Source: Eledone cirrhosa (Eukaryota). From it: a stretch of 64,000 bases of DNA. The stretch is from the NCBI GenBank assembly GCA_964016885.1, contig OZ024743.1, positions 120,342,001-120,406,000 on the forward strand. Direction: 5' to 3'. Under the pieces are notes generated by a model, which saw nothing but the letters and a program-made list of their open reading frames with translations, made no database searches and was not told the origin of the DNA. Numbering within the stretch: position 1 is the first letter of the stretch; every line of letters begins with the position of its first letter. Shown here piece after piece: positions 13,559 through 26,913 of this stretch. The position numbers and the translations under genes were made by a program.

Positions 13559-14419
13559 GAGAGATGTGATATATATATATACGTAACTATTTTAGAAAGT
13601 GACACATTGAGACACTACAATTGACAACTAGCCTTAAGGGAAGAGTACTTTTATATAATTTTAGTAGTGACACATTGAATCGCGATCATATTACTAAAAA
13701 AACATTAAGAGTACTGAATTTCTGTAGAACGTAGATGATATTCATTTTAAAGATTTATCGGCTTGGTGTAAGAGGAAATTTGATATTTAGCTTAAATGCA
13801 TATTTATAGCCACATAATTCAATAAACTTTCATCGATAATTTCCACAATACAAAACGCCTGCAACACAGTAGACAGTATATCGATTAAATTATAAAGAAA
13901 GCTGTTATTTATCTTTTTTAGGCTTCGAAAATCAATCGAATAGTAATGTTTTTAAACTTAAATAACTCCACGACCCTGCCACCCAAATGGTCAAATTATG
14001 ATTTAGTTTCACAAATAAATTCACAATGTTGATCAATTTCAATTGTAATATATATTGAAAAATATAATACACCAGCTTAAGTTTTTTTCTCAAGTATATA
14101 GCCTTTAGTTGCTTTTAAACACTGTCATCTATATCACTTTTAACGGGCTTTACTATCACTTTAGATTGGAAGATTCTCTTGATAATTCAAATTCACAATG
14201 TAATTGCCTCATAAGTAACACCTGTCTACTAAACGGTAAAGGTAATCAGAACAGTGTTATATGATGTGCTAAAATTGCCACCGGTGACAGTATAAAAACC
14301 ACTTAGATCTGAATGAATTTAAAAAACAAATAGATAATGGGACAAATACATAAGGTGCTGGAAATTGTGGTCCTGCAACAGTTGGTCTCAGTTTGAGATG
14401 AGAGGGTCTCAATATTTCT

Positions 14420-14640
14420 AGGTGGATTGGCATTAACGGTGGAGCGTTGGACAACATGCTTTATGGCATAGTGATACACCTCTTTATGATCTGAGGAGTT
14501 CAAATCCTGCCGTGGTTAACATTGCCTTTTATACTTATGGGGTCGATAAAATAAAGTACCAGTAATGCAGTGTGGTCGATTTAATCGACTTTCCTCTCCC
14601 CCAAATTGCTGGCCTTGTGCCTAAATCAGAAACCAATATT
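14420..14640 (+). mobile_element. tRNA-derived SINE, same family, longer variant
   Basis: GGTGGATTGGC...GAGTTCAAATCC...GGGGTCGATAAAATAAAGTACCAG...GGCCTTGTGCCTAAATCAGAAACC. Confidence 0.85.
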
Positions 14641-15296
14641 TCTAGGTATTGATTATCTTGTTTATTGATAGCTCTGGTGTATTCCCGAGCTCTTCTGAAT
14701 CTGTGGTAATCAAATGAATCTGCTTTACTTAAGTTTGAAGTTACATAGGTACTCAATTTCTTTATTAATAAGTAGTACACTGTAGCGCTCTTTAGACAAA
14801 GGGTAGTAGCTAGAGTTACTTCCTGTAGAATTCTAGAGTATTCCTTGAACTTCCGTTCTAGGAATTATAAAGGAGGGAGCAAAGAGCAATCTCTCTCTTT
14901 AAGTATTTGGTTTTGTTCACAGGTTGAGGATTTGATTTTGTTCAAAAGTGTGTTATCCACATTTCTTGCTTCTTCCACGTCATAACTTTAAAGCGTTAAT
15001 TGTTCTAGTGATTTATTTTTGTAAATATTTATTCATAACAATAATTGTTCCGGCTTTTTCAGCTTCTTTTAGAATAATTAAATTTTCAGTTTTCAATGTC
15101 TCTGGGGCTTCTTTCTCTCCGCTCTAAATCTTTGTTTGTTTGTTTATTTATTTGTTTGTTTGTATGCATGTTTGCGTGTGTGTATCCGTATCTACTGCTC
15201 CCCTCTCCTGTTTATATAGCAATTGTTTGTTCCTCTATAGAAAATAAAAAAGAAGATCCAAAAACTACCCCCCCCCCCCTCGCACCCCCCTCCTCG

Positions 15297-15373
15297 TCTT
15301 CTTCTTCTTCTTCTTCTTCTTCTTCTTCTTCTTCTTCTTCTTCTTCTTCTTCTTCTTCTTCTTCTTCTTCTTC
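15297..15373. repeat. (CTT)n microsatellite
   Basis: Read directly. Confidence 0.95.
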
Positions 15374-15399
15374 GTGGAGGTCGTGGAGGAAGAATGCTC

Positions 15400-15800
15400 A
15401 AGTACTCCTTCTAGCGCGTTCTGTCGGTAGCAACCGTCTCCAGTTGAGCTGGCTGGGTCCCCAAGCGAGACCAACCGAGCTTATGGATGTTATTTAATTA
15501 TATTGCCCGTGGTCTACCCCACAGTCTCTTGCAGGTTGGTTTTGCTTGTAAAATCATCTGTCCAGTGATTCTTTCCTGAGACATTCTAACCACAGTAGTA
15601 GTGGTTTTACTTGGAGCTATCGAGTAATGTTACTTCAAAGATATTTCGGAGGAATCCCATTTCGGCCGCTTATATTTGCAATCTTATTCTTTCGGTCATT
15701 ACCCAAGATTCATGACTGTGGGTAAAAGGTTGATACGAATACGGAATTGAAGATAGCGAGTTTGACTTTTACAGCTACCTCCTTTCTGTTGACCGAATGC
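15400..15800 (-). pseudogene. RTE-clade (Expander/Rex3-like) LINE 3' fragment
   Basis: Minus strand reads HESWVMTERIRLQI*AAEMGFLRNI. Confidence 0.65.
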
Positions 15801-16275
15801 GGACATTTGATATCGTAGAATGAAATTATCACTGACTTGGAGTTATAATATAAAGAGAAATTAATAACTTGATTTCAAGAACTCTAAGACGTAAATTATT
15901 TGGAAATACAAGTTTCTATTTCGAGTGGCAAATGGTGTGGAAATGTAAACAAAGAAGCAATAGTAAGCGATAAGAGAACATAAAAATATGGGAGGTACTA
16001 TTTTTGATTTTGTTTTACTTTCACTTTCACCAAATTCTGTGTTTCTATTTAATATGCTTGAATTTTGTATATGTCATTTACACAATAAGATTATGAAATA
16101 TATTATTCATATTAAGAATGAATATTTAGGACAGTGCATTAGATATATGACTGCTTTAAATGTAGTGGAAAGTAATTTCATTGATTACATGAAAGAAATT
16201 TCAAGAGAAATCAAATAATATTTCATTAAATTGGATATAAATTCATTTTCTGATCTATTTATAACTAATTTTCAT

Positions 16276-16302
16276 CCTGGGCAACGTCGGGTATTCTCTT
16301 GG
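16276..16302 (+). mobile_element. Decayed Helitron 3' terminal hairpin
   Basis: TCCTGGGCAACGTCGGGTATTCTCTTG resembles the intact CCCGGGCAACGCCGGGTACTTCTGCTAG end at 63759-63786. Confidence 0.5.
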
Positions 16303-17392
16303 CATGATTACTAATAGGGAATTTCGATATCTTATTGATATACGTATCCAAATGTTCATTTCTCCCTTCATACATTGTGAAGTTTTATTTATTCCCTCCA
16401 ATGGAATCATCATTTCCATTCTTATTGTCAAAAACTTTCCCTTAGGCAGGGGCGTTAATTGAAGCTTTGAATGTTTGTATTTATTTCAGTGATATTTGAT
16501 ATTGGTATAGGAGTAAACTTGAATTACTTCAACAATAAGACAATTTCATTTTCGTTAAATTTACAATTTTCGCATCAACATTTTACGTAGATTTGTTTTG
16601 TTTTCTTCTTCCATCGAATCTTTTCTCCATAAAAAAGAATTCGCAATGTTAGTTCGTCCTTCTCTTTATCTATGACTTCTGTTATTATTTTATAGGTATC
16701 TGAATGACTATCGTCCTTTGTGTCGTCTTCTCTATCTCGTTTGCTTCTTCGCCCCCATCATCACATGTTAATCTATCAAAGATTTTCGGCATTTTTGATT
16801 GCACAGGGTTTCCGAATGGGCTGCAACCTCTTTTCTATTCTGACCGTTTATTCCTAATATTTTTTCTTGAACATTATTCCATTCTAGAGTTTCGGCATTG
16901 TTGCAGATTGTTTTCTCGATCGTGTGCGGTTGTTTGTGGAAATGTTACGTTTTGAATTCCTAGTATGTGTTTCCAATTTGAGTTTGAGGTGTTCTTGAGA
17001 CAGCTCGTGCATACGTTTCAGAACTCTTGGTAGACCGGTCTCTTTGTCTAGGTCCTTTCTAATAAGTTTCCTACTTTATCCTGATTTTCCATGTTTTATT
17101 CTTTTATGGTTTTGCTTTCATTACAGAGTTTTCTTTATATTTTCTTTCGTCATTGTCAAACTATTGTTGTTTTTCTGTCGCAATACTCATCAGGAAGTTT
17201 CGCCTTTTCTTTTTGTTGACATATATAATCAGCTTACGATTTATATTCATTTTCCTATATACACAATTGACCATGCATTCAAACCGATTTGCTAACTGAA
17301 TATAATGTGCTGTGGAGATCTAAGAAGATCGAAACATGCCTGTTGTTTTCACCAAGTCGGCCCACACACACTAAAAATATTCCAAAAATTTA

Positions 17393-17837
<445 letters not shown>

Positions 17838-18088
17838 CGTCATTACAACAGCAGAAGTCCGACGAGCTTTTGATTCCAGAGTCGGGCCAGATCGATACAG
17901 ATCGAACCTTGAACTGATCAATAGCGAAACGCGCGTCATCCATCAATAAACGTAATGAAGGCTTAATAAATCGTCCTTGCATTATTATATTGCACTCTGT
18001 TTAGCTCTACACTTCACTACTGACGTGAACCTAAACATCGAGTGCTCACCTGGGTGAACCTATAGTAACCTCACGGTACACTTCCTGA

Positions 18089-18126
<38 letters not shown>

Positions 18127-18130
<4 letters not shown>

Positions 18131-18646
18131 GTAATCTGAGTTTTTCGAATATTAATAACAACATTCGATTCGTTTGCAATTATGCAAACAAGCCTCATTT
18201 TTAAAGCCATGTCAGTAGAATGAGCACCTCATTCTTGCTCTTGTGTTGGCATGTAAACAGAACTGCAGACACTAATCTTTCTGGGTATTACCCTTCATCA
18301 GTACAGCTCACTGTTCACTGCCAACAGTCAGAGCTAATGAAAATATATGCTATTTTCTAAAATATACAGCCACAGATTGGCCTCATTTGCATATTAGCAG
18401 ACTGGCTGATCAGTCAGATCAGTCAGATCTGCATATTAGCAGATCCACTGATTAACCAGATTTGCATATCAGCAGACTGGGCAGTCAGTTTCCTGTATAC
18501 GAGCGAAAAATGGCCGGCTTTGCAACATTCCATTAAAAAAAAATGTTTTCGCTCTACATAGGCTCAATTGCAAACGAATCGAATGTTATTATTAATATTG
18601 GAAAAACTCAGATTACATTTATTGTATTCAGCCATGTAGAGCGAAA

Positions 18647-18650
<4 letters not shown>
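18127..18650 (-). mobile_element. PLE-derived non-autonomous element with inverted ends and a hammerhead motif, flanked by (TA)n
   Basis: Inverted arms at 18127-18181 and about 18565-18620. Minus strand 18260-18309 reads GAGCTGTA-CTGATGA-aGGGTaatACCCa-GAAAgattagt-GTC-TGCAGTTC, with an 8-bp stem I. Confidence 0.7.
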
Positions 18651-18721
<71 letters not shown>

Positions 18722-18725
18722 TATA

Positions 18726-18996
<271 letters not shown>

Positions 18997-19134
18997 CTTC
19001 GGCAATGTTTAACTTAATAGCACCATCTGATCAAATAATTTAAACCATAATTAATATCTAACCCATTCTATATAGGCATCATAGCCCACTAAAGTAGGGA
19101 GTTCTCATTTATGAAAATCTATTCAGATGTGGAG

Positions 19135-19320
19135 GGTGGTAAATTGGTGGAGTCGTTAGAACGGCAGATGAAATGCTTTCCGGTATTCCGGTATTTTGCA
19201 CTCTGCGTTCAATTTTGCCTTTCCTTCTTTTAAGGTCGATAAAAGAGTACCAGTTCAGTCCAGTCTAATACTGGGATCAATTCTTCCTCTATATCTCTTT
19301 CTCACTTCCCCTTCACAATT
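19135..19320 (+). mobile_element. tRNA-derived SINE, decayed
   Basis: GGTGGTAAATTGGTGGAGTCGTTAGA...TTTTGCCTTTCCTTCTTTTAAGGTCGATAAAAGAGTACCAG. Confidence 0.65.
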
Positions 19321-20278
19321 CTCTCTCCTTGTCTGCCAGAAATCGGCTGTGTTCAGATCTGGGGAGGAGATGGGCTCCACCAGTTTTCAAATGCCCTAGA
19401 GTTGTCATATGTCAGGGTGGTGCTCTTATGAATAAACCACGAGTTATGGGTCTATACATAGAGCCAGAGGTAGATGGTTTGTTAGTTTTGGGATGAACTT
19501 GTCCAAATACTGTTTGAAGGTTTCGGAGTCAAGTTACTTCGGGATTTTTATCTAATGTAAAATAGAACAGGGGCCTGTTGATGTAAAATAGTTTCGGAGC
19601 CAAGATTTTATGTGCTATGAGGTCAATTTTTGTAAGGCCGTATAGGGAAATTGGGGTGGTGGAAGTGAAGCCTTGGACGATATTTAAACTTGATGCCAGC
19701 AAAATTTGGGTAACGTTGATATAATATTTTCCATATCGTACAGCTGATGTAGCACCCACGGCGGTAAGAGTAGAGTCTGAACATTCCGATGAGATTTTAA
19801 TAATAGTATGGCCAACCATACTATTCATTCTCGTTTTTGACATTGCCCTCTGGAGAGTCTCAGTTCTCATAATATCTTATTTGCTATGGCGTGACCATAG
19901 TGGACAACAGTATTTTAGGTGTGACCACACAACGGTGGAGAAATTATGGATGACGACGTTTGGTTCTCTAGACTGGAAAGTTCTGAGGATCTAAAAGCAC
20001 ATTCAGTGAATCATATCAACTTCATATGGGTACTCCAGCTGACGTTGTTGTTAACTTCCAAGTCTCTGATATTGTTAGATGTTACGATCGGTTCTCTCCG
20101 AAGAAGTGTATATATAGCTGTTTAAGTATGAGTATATGGCCGTTTCCCAAAGTGGATGAACTCAAAGTTTCCCTAGTTTAGCAGTGCCAAATTGTTATTT
20201 CACACACTAGCATGCAGCATGTACATCAGAGTTTTTCTCAATCGCCGGTAATATACACAATACATCCAACATTAAAAA

Positions 20279-20385
20279 TAATTGTTTCTTCTTTAGGCAC
20301 AAGGCCAGCAATTATCCAGTACATTACTGGTACTTTATTTTATCGACCCCGTAAGGATGAAAGGCAAAGTTAACCTTGGCGGGAT
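20279..20385 (-). mobile_element. 5'-truncated SINE
   Basis: aattgtttc...ggcacaaggccagc...ttatcgaccccgtaaggatgaaaggcaaag. Confidence 0.85.
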
Positions 20386-21190
20386 AAAAATAATGTAATG
20401 TGGTATGTACATTTGTTTTGTGTATTAATGATTGTTAGGCTAAATGATAAATGTATTGTGAATATACATTGTCTTCTTTCCAAAGAACAAGCAAATCTTC
20501 GTATCTTAAAGAGACACCACAAAGAAAGAAATTTTTGGCGAGAATAACTAGTGAAAATATGAATCTGACTGACAGAGATCCGGAAAGAATTTAGGAGATT
20601 CTTCGAATTCTGGAAATATCTATCGGGTTTTATAACTTGCTGTGATGTGACAGAAAAATTCTAGAACATTCTGAATAAGAATGGGGTTGAACACACAACT
20701 TTGATATATAAGTTGACAGGTTAATATAACAAGAGTACAAATATGTCATTCACTGAGAGAGGCTGTCCATTTCCTTAGTGTGTCCGAAGGGAGTGTATGT
20801 CTATTCTATAATATCACAAACGCCAGCAAATGCTGCAAAATGAAAATATTTGCAGATGTCTATTATCCCCAGATAGTCATCAATGGAGACAGCGATCGAC
20901 AAAAACGAGGATGTACTTAAACAGCCATATAAATAAAAAGATATAATTAGTACAGAGTTTCCACTGTTTGTTATTTAATAAACTATTTCCCTGAGTTCCT
21001 AACATTTTAATTTTTCTTTTGCATATATTTTCTGAATAAAATTTGTGACTCCGTCAAAGAAATATTCGGCACACAATTTTAAATTATAATATTTATTAAT
21101 AGTGCTGGTGCCCTGAGAAAATGACCCAGCGCACTCTTTAAAGTGCAGAAATGTAAGTGGGCGTTAAATGATGATGATGATGATATATAA

Positions 21191-23630
21191 GAATTATAAG
21201 AATCAAAGACCTGTTCAAAACATTTTTATGCTTACAACTGTTTCCTCCAAACCGAGGTTTGTTTTTTCGGAGCTATTTATTATTGAATGAACACTTATAT
21301 GACCTCCTTTTCACCCAAGAGACATACAGATACATATGCAAATATTGTGGGTCAACATTCATTACAGCATTTAGTGTGGCAGTACACATTTAGAGATTAC
21401 ATTCATATTAAAAGATACAATCAAAAATACAGGTTAAAATACAACATGAAATTAAGCGGTTATAGAGTGCAATGGTTATATGTGTGGCAAGCACGTGCGT
21501 CTTGTTTATATAGTGTGGCAGAGAGTTACGTGTAATAGAAGTACTTAAGCAGGTAATCAAGAATGTTAAAGGGGTTGATCTGGTAATGAATTCCTTATAT
21601 GATTGTTATAGCCTGTGTGTGGAGAAATAATATAAGTATTAAAAATAATGTAAGCATTAAAAATATTGGAGATGCGTAGCGAAGCGATGATATGGATTTC
21701 ATGCACTGCGACATTTTCATAATCTGGGGAGCGTATTTTTCAGATTATATGCCCTTCACATAATCCACGACGATTTGATATTGGGCGTTTGACAATCCAG
21801 TTAGAGAATCGTAGTCTGATGTTCTTTAGTTCAATACAGGAGGATGTTACGTTGTGAGAATCGACATCGAAATATTACCCGGAAGTGTGTGTGTGGCTAA
21901 GGGGAGTTAATGCATGAGGGGAGGTAACTCAGTGGTTTCTATTACTAACTATTAAATTGTGTCTCAAAATAGTCCCTAACTTATATGGTTATGCGCAGTT
22001 TCTAAAAAAATTCTAAAAATTTAAAGTGTTTTAACTATAAAGTAGTCTATTAGGTTGTGCTGAAGGTGTTCCTATTATGGTAATTAACCTCCATCGTAGA
22101 GAGCCACAAATGAATATTATACACGACGAGCGAGATTTCTAAATTAATGATCACTGTGATTGTAGTCTACTCAAAGAACCAGGCAAGGTGATTACAGAAT
22201 CACTTCAACACACAATGATCCCTGGTAAGTTCCGGGTCAGTGCATGCTATATTGGATGTCGAAAGATAATCATCAACAGGGCCGACCAGAGGCCAATCCA
22301 CACTCCTCATGTCTCCAATCTGACCATCAAATCATACATATATGTACAACTCATACGCCTCTTGCAATACATTCATTGCACTCAGCATACCGGTCGTACA
22401 GCACATCAACGTTACTAGATTAATTAGTTTTCCATTTATCCAACGGTGGCACTTCCTCCGCATAGCACCAACAATACAATCAATTCAATGCTTAAATTTT
22501 ACATTAACTATAAAGTGGTGTAGTGCAGTTCAAGCAACTGGATGTAGTCACACCTGAAGTAGAAGTATAAATGGGTATTCCCACTGTGAAGGGTTCTAGA
22601 GGGATGTCCCGATTTGTGTTATATTAGATCAATGAGCGTGGGGATGTGGTATAAGGTGTGCCCCTGGTGTTTGATGCTAGAGGTGGTGTCTGGTTCAAGC
22701 CCGACATTGCTATATATTGGGCTTAAAGTTTTGGAAGGAATGTCTGAAGCGGTGTTGGCAAGTTGCAAACACTTCAGGTTTTTTGTTAAAACACTTTAAA
22801 TTTTTAGAAATTTTTTAGAAACTGCACATAACCATATAAGTTAGGGACTATTTTGAGACACAATTTAATAGTTAGTAATAGAAACCACTGAGTTGCCTCC
22901 CCTCATGCATTAACTCCCCTTAGCCACACACACACTTCCGGGTAACATTTCGATGTCGATTCTCACAATGTAACATCCTCCTGTATTGAACTAAAGAACA
23001 TCAGACTACGATTCTCTAACTGGATTGTCAAACGCCCAATATCAAATCGTCGTGGATTATGTGAAGGGCATATAATCTGAAAAATACGCTCCCCAGACTA
23101 TGAAAATGTCGCAGTGCATGAAATCCATATCATCGCTTCGCTACGCATCTCCAATATTTTTAATGCTTACATTATTTTTAATACTTATATTATTTCTCCA
23201 CACACAGGCTATAACAATCATATAAGGAATTCATTACCAGATCAACCCCTTTAACATTCTTGATTACCTGATTAAGTACTTCTATTACACGTAACTCTCT
23301 GCCACACTATATAAACAAGACGCACGTGCTTGCCACACATATAACCATTGCACTCTATAACCGCTTAATTTCATGTTGTATTTTAACCTGTATTTTTGAT
23401 TGTATCTTTTAATATGAATGTAATCTCTAAATGTGTACTGCCACACTAAATGCTGTAATGAATGTTGACCCACAATATTTGCATATGTATCTGTATGTCT
23501 CTTGGGTGAAAAGGAGGTCATATAAGTGTTCATTCAATAATAAATAGCTCCGAAAAATCCAAACCTCGGTTTGGAGGAAACAGTTGTAAGCATAAAAATG
23601 TTTTGAACAGGTCTTTGATTCTTATAATTC
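21191..23630. mobile_element. 2.4-kb fold-back element: about 845-bp near-identical inverted arms around a 749-bp spacer, probably PLE-derived
   Basis: Arms at 21191-22035 and 22785-23630. The same 82-aa spurious ORF appears on both strands. Hammerhead-like motif near the outer ends (23547-23591: gct-CCGAAAA-TCCAAACC/GGTTTGGA-GAAAC-agtt-GTA-agc). Confidence 0.8.
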
Positions 23631-23793
23631 ATATAACTGCTCTGTAAATCATCTGATGTTATTACATTGAGCTATTTATCTTACTGGTAATAAGGTAGTA
23701 ATATATAACTGCCTACCACTATTTAGGGTTTATAAAAATATATATAACTACAAAAGGTTTCTGTATTTGCATAACCATAAATAGTATAATTAA

Positions 23794-23874
<81 letters not shown>

Positions 23875-23876
<2 letters not shown>

Positions 23877-23970
23877 GGGTGTCACCCAAAAATGTATACA
23901 CATTATGATTAGTTGTACAGGCAATATTTATTAGAATGCTGTTGATGTGTGTATACATTTTTTGGGACAC

Positions 23971-24009
<39 letters not shown>

Positions 24010-24101
24010 GGTGTCCCAAAAATGTATACACACATCAACAGCATTCTAATAAATATCGCCTGTACAACTAATCAAAGTGTGTATACAGTTTTGGGTGAAC
24101 C

Positions 24102-24104
<3 letters not shown>
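23875..24104. mobile_element. Two about 100-bp Tc1/mariner-type MITEs in opposite orientation inside (TA)n
   Basis: 23875-23974 and 24007-24104. TIR CAGGGTGTCCCAAAAATGTATACAC with TA flanks. Confidence 0.85.
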
Positions 24105-24157
<53 letters not shown>

Positions 24158-24160
<3 letters not shown>

Positions 24161-25913
24161 TATTAACACAACAGTTAGTTCACCATACCGAGAAAAATTG
24201 TTTCACCTTATACGGATCTTTAGCTCGGACTGGTAATGGTTATACGGAATAGGAAATACAACTATATGAACGCACATGCGCAGACACGGTCATTTCACCC
24301 AGCGAGACAAAACCACGGGCGAAAGGTATAAGGGAGATAACTGCGAATGTCCGGAATAAAATGTTCGAGTTGATTAGAAAATTAGAATGTTGTTGTTATT
24401 CAATCCGGAGTATTTGTAGTTATGCAAGAGGTGTTTCCAGACATGTGGACAACGTGAGAAGATTTCATTTTTTGAATTTAGGCAATCGCTATTGCGTAAT
24501 CTCCTTAGAATATTTATCCTTTCTTCAATACACAGTCGACAAGACGGATTACCCCTTGCGTATAGCTTGGACTTAGTGATAGCTTTCCAATGAATGGTGT
24601 AGTCTATACCTGAGTCTTTGAGGGACCATACGTTGTTCGCGAGCTTCGTGGATGATCGTTTGTCCGGGTACCTAAAGGTCGGCTGATGGTTCAGAAAGCG
24701 TTCTTTAAATCGGCCCTCCGCCATACATACATAGGATTTGACGTCCTGTGGTTGATCTGGTCGGTTGGAAGTGACCACAGCTTCATAAACTACAGCGGAT
24801 GTGTTGCATTGCTGTTGAAGGGGACAAGCTTTAGGCTTTCGGCAAGATCATCTTGGTGGGGTTCCGCTCTTAGGACTGTTGGTGATATGGGCCTTAATAT
24901 TCTTAGCGCAGGAGTACCCTAGTTTTACTCTGTGTCTGTTACAGATGGAGCGGTATTTGTGACCTATGGGAAAGTGTCTATCTAAGAGGGCTAAACATTT
25001 TTTCCCTACATTAGTTTTAACGTTGAGTGAGAAGGGAGAACACAACCAGATAGTTTGTGTATTGTTACAATTTCTTTTCTTATTGCTGTTGGTCTTAGTA
25101 GGGGAGTAAGTAATTGGTTGGGAGAAGCCGCTGTTAGCTAGCGCCGTGTTGTAGTAGGGGGCTGCTCTGTCAAAGATTGGTCACTTCCAAGAGACCAAAT
25201 AAACCACAAGTTGGGTATGGCGGAGGGCCGATTTAAGGAACGCTTCCTAAACCATCAGTCGACGATTAGTTACCCGGACAAACGATCATTCATGAAGCTC
25301 GCGAACCACGTATGGTCCATCAAAGACTCAGGTATAGACTACTCCATTCAATGGAAAGCTATCACTAAGTCCAAGCCATACGCTAGGGGCTATCCTTATT
25401 GTGGACTGTGTATTGAAGAAAGGATAAATATTCTAAGGAGATTACGCAATAGCGATTGCCTAAATTCAAAAATTGAAATCTTCTTACGTTGTCCACATGT
25501 CTGGAAACACCTCTTGCATAACTACAAAGCTCCGGATTGAATAACAACAACATTCTAATTTTCTAATCAACTCGAACATTTTATTCCGGACGTTCGCAGT
25601 TATCTCCCTTATACCTTTCGCCCGTGGTAAATAACAAACAGTAGAAACTCTGTACTAATTATATCTTTTTATTTATATGGCTGTTTAAGTACATCTTCGT
25701 TTGTCTCTCTGGGTGAAATCACTGTTTCTGCGCATGCGCGTTCATACGGCTGTATTATTCCGTATAACCATTACCAGTCTGAGCTGAAGATCCGCATAAG
25801 GTGAAACAATTGTTCTCGGTATGGTGAACTAACTGTTGCGTTAATACTTCTAGCAAACTCGTCCCATGGATTGAGTGCTCTACCACTACGGATATTACCT
25901 TCCAGTGTTCTAC

Positions 25914-25918
<5 letters not shown>
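24158..25918. mobile_element. Penelope-like element remnant with inverted pseudo-LTRs and a GIY-YIG endonuclease fragment
   Basis: ORFs 24374-24778 (-) and 25211-25540 (+) have MAEGRFKERFLNH...C.LCIEER...LNSK.EIF.RCPH. Linker PFSLNVKTNVGKK...YSCAKNIK at 24848-25045 (-). Arms at about 24158-24777 and 25179-25849. Flanked by (TA)n. Confidence 0.9.
25779..25819 (+). ncRNA. Minimal type I hammerhead ribozyme motif in the PLE pseudo-LTR
   Basis: CTGAG-CTGAAGA-tccgcataaggt-GAAAC-AATT-GTT-CTCGG. Intact core, palindromic stem III ACAATTGT, weak stem II. A mutated twin lies at 24188-24228 (-). Confidence 0.7.
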
Positions 25919-25989
<71 letters not shown>

Positions 25990-26096
25990 ATATATATATA
26001 TATATGTATGTAAAAGGTAAACAGAAATAACAACACAATCGGTACAGAATATGGAAGGAATATATTAGGTTAATGCTTGAAATACCAGGAACAGGG

Positions 26097-26132
26097 TCTT
26101 AACGTTTCGGACGCTAGTTTTTCATCAGAAGA
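26097..26132 (-). ncRNA. Minimal hammerhead-like motif (PLE remnant)
   Basis: TCTT-CTGATGA-aaaactagcgtcc-GAAAC-GTT-AAGA. Stem I tctt/aaga, loopless palindromic stem III, poor stem II. Confidence 0.55.
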
Positions 26133-26241
26133 AAGCATGAGAAATAAGATAGATTAAAGGGACAGGTGGGGTGGAATTGGAAAAATGTCTTTAGATAAAA
26201 AATAACAGGTCCATTCATGTTGACATCTCTTGGAAAACTGT

Positions 26242-26285
<44 letters not shown>

Positions 26286-26286
26286 G

Positions 26287-26327
<41 letters not shown>

Positions 26328-26704
26328 ACACACATATATATATATATATATCCACTCACACATACATACACTTATGATATGATATTTAATTCTTAATTTA
26401 TTTTTCATACCAGCTTAATACTGTATTCATCAAAGATACATTATTGTATCGAAGTATCAAATAAATCCTATTCTTTGTTTGGCTTCTATCATTACTGAAG
26501 TTAATTCTGAACATATTGTAGCAACATGACTGAGATAATAAACGCATTGTGTGTAGGTGTGTATGTGAGTATAAATGTTAACATGTTACAGACGGAGATA
26601 TGTATAAATATATAAACACGCATGGCGTATTATTATAGTTGATGATAAAAAGACGTAGTTAGATCGCAAATAAAACGAGCTTTATATGTAGAAGAAAGAG
26701 GGGG

Positions 26705-26839
26705 ATATATATATACATATATAGATAGATAGATAGATAGATAGATAGAAAGAGAGATAGAGAGAGATAGGTAGAGATAGATATATAGATAGATAGATGG
26801 ATAGATAGAGATAGATAGATAGATAGATAGAGAGAGCGA

Positions 26840-26910
<71 letters not shown>
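26705..26910. repeat. (GATA)n/(GA)n compound microsatellite
   Basis: Read directly. Confidence 0.95.

Positions 26911-26913
<3 letters not shown>

Noticed and set aside
19360-20895. CR1/L2-like LINE scraps (FKQYLDKF on - near 19500; KIFAD on + near 20850)
   Set aside because: The motifs are too short and decayed to assign or delimit.
21287-23533. Two identical 82-aa ORFs on opposite strands
   Set aside because: A by-product of the inverted repeat, with no protein motif.
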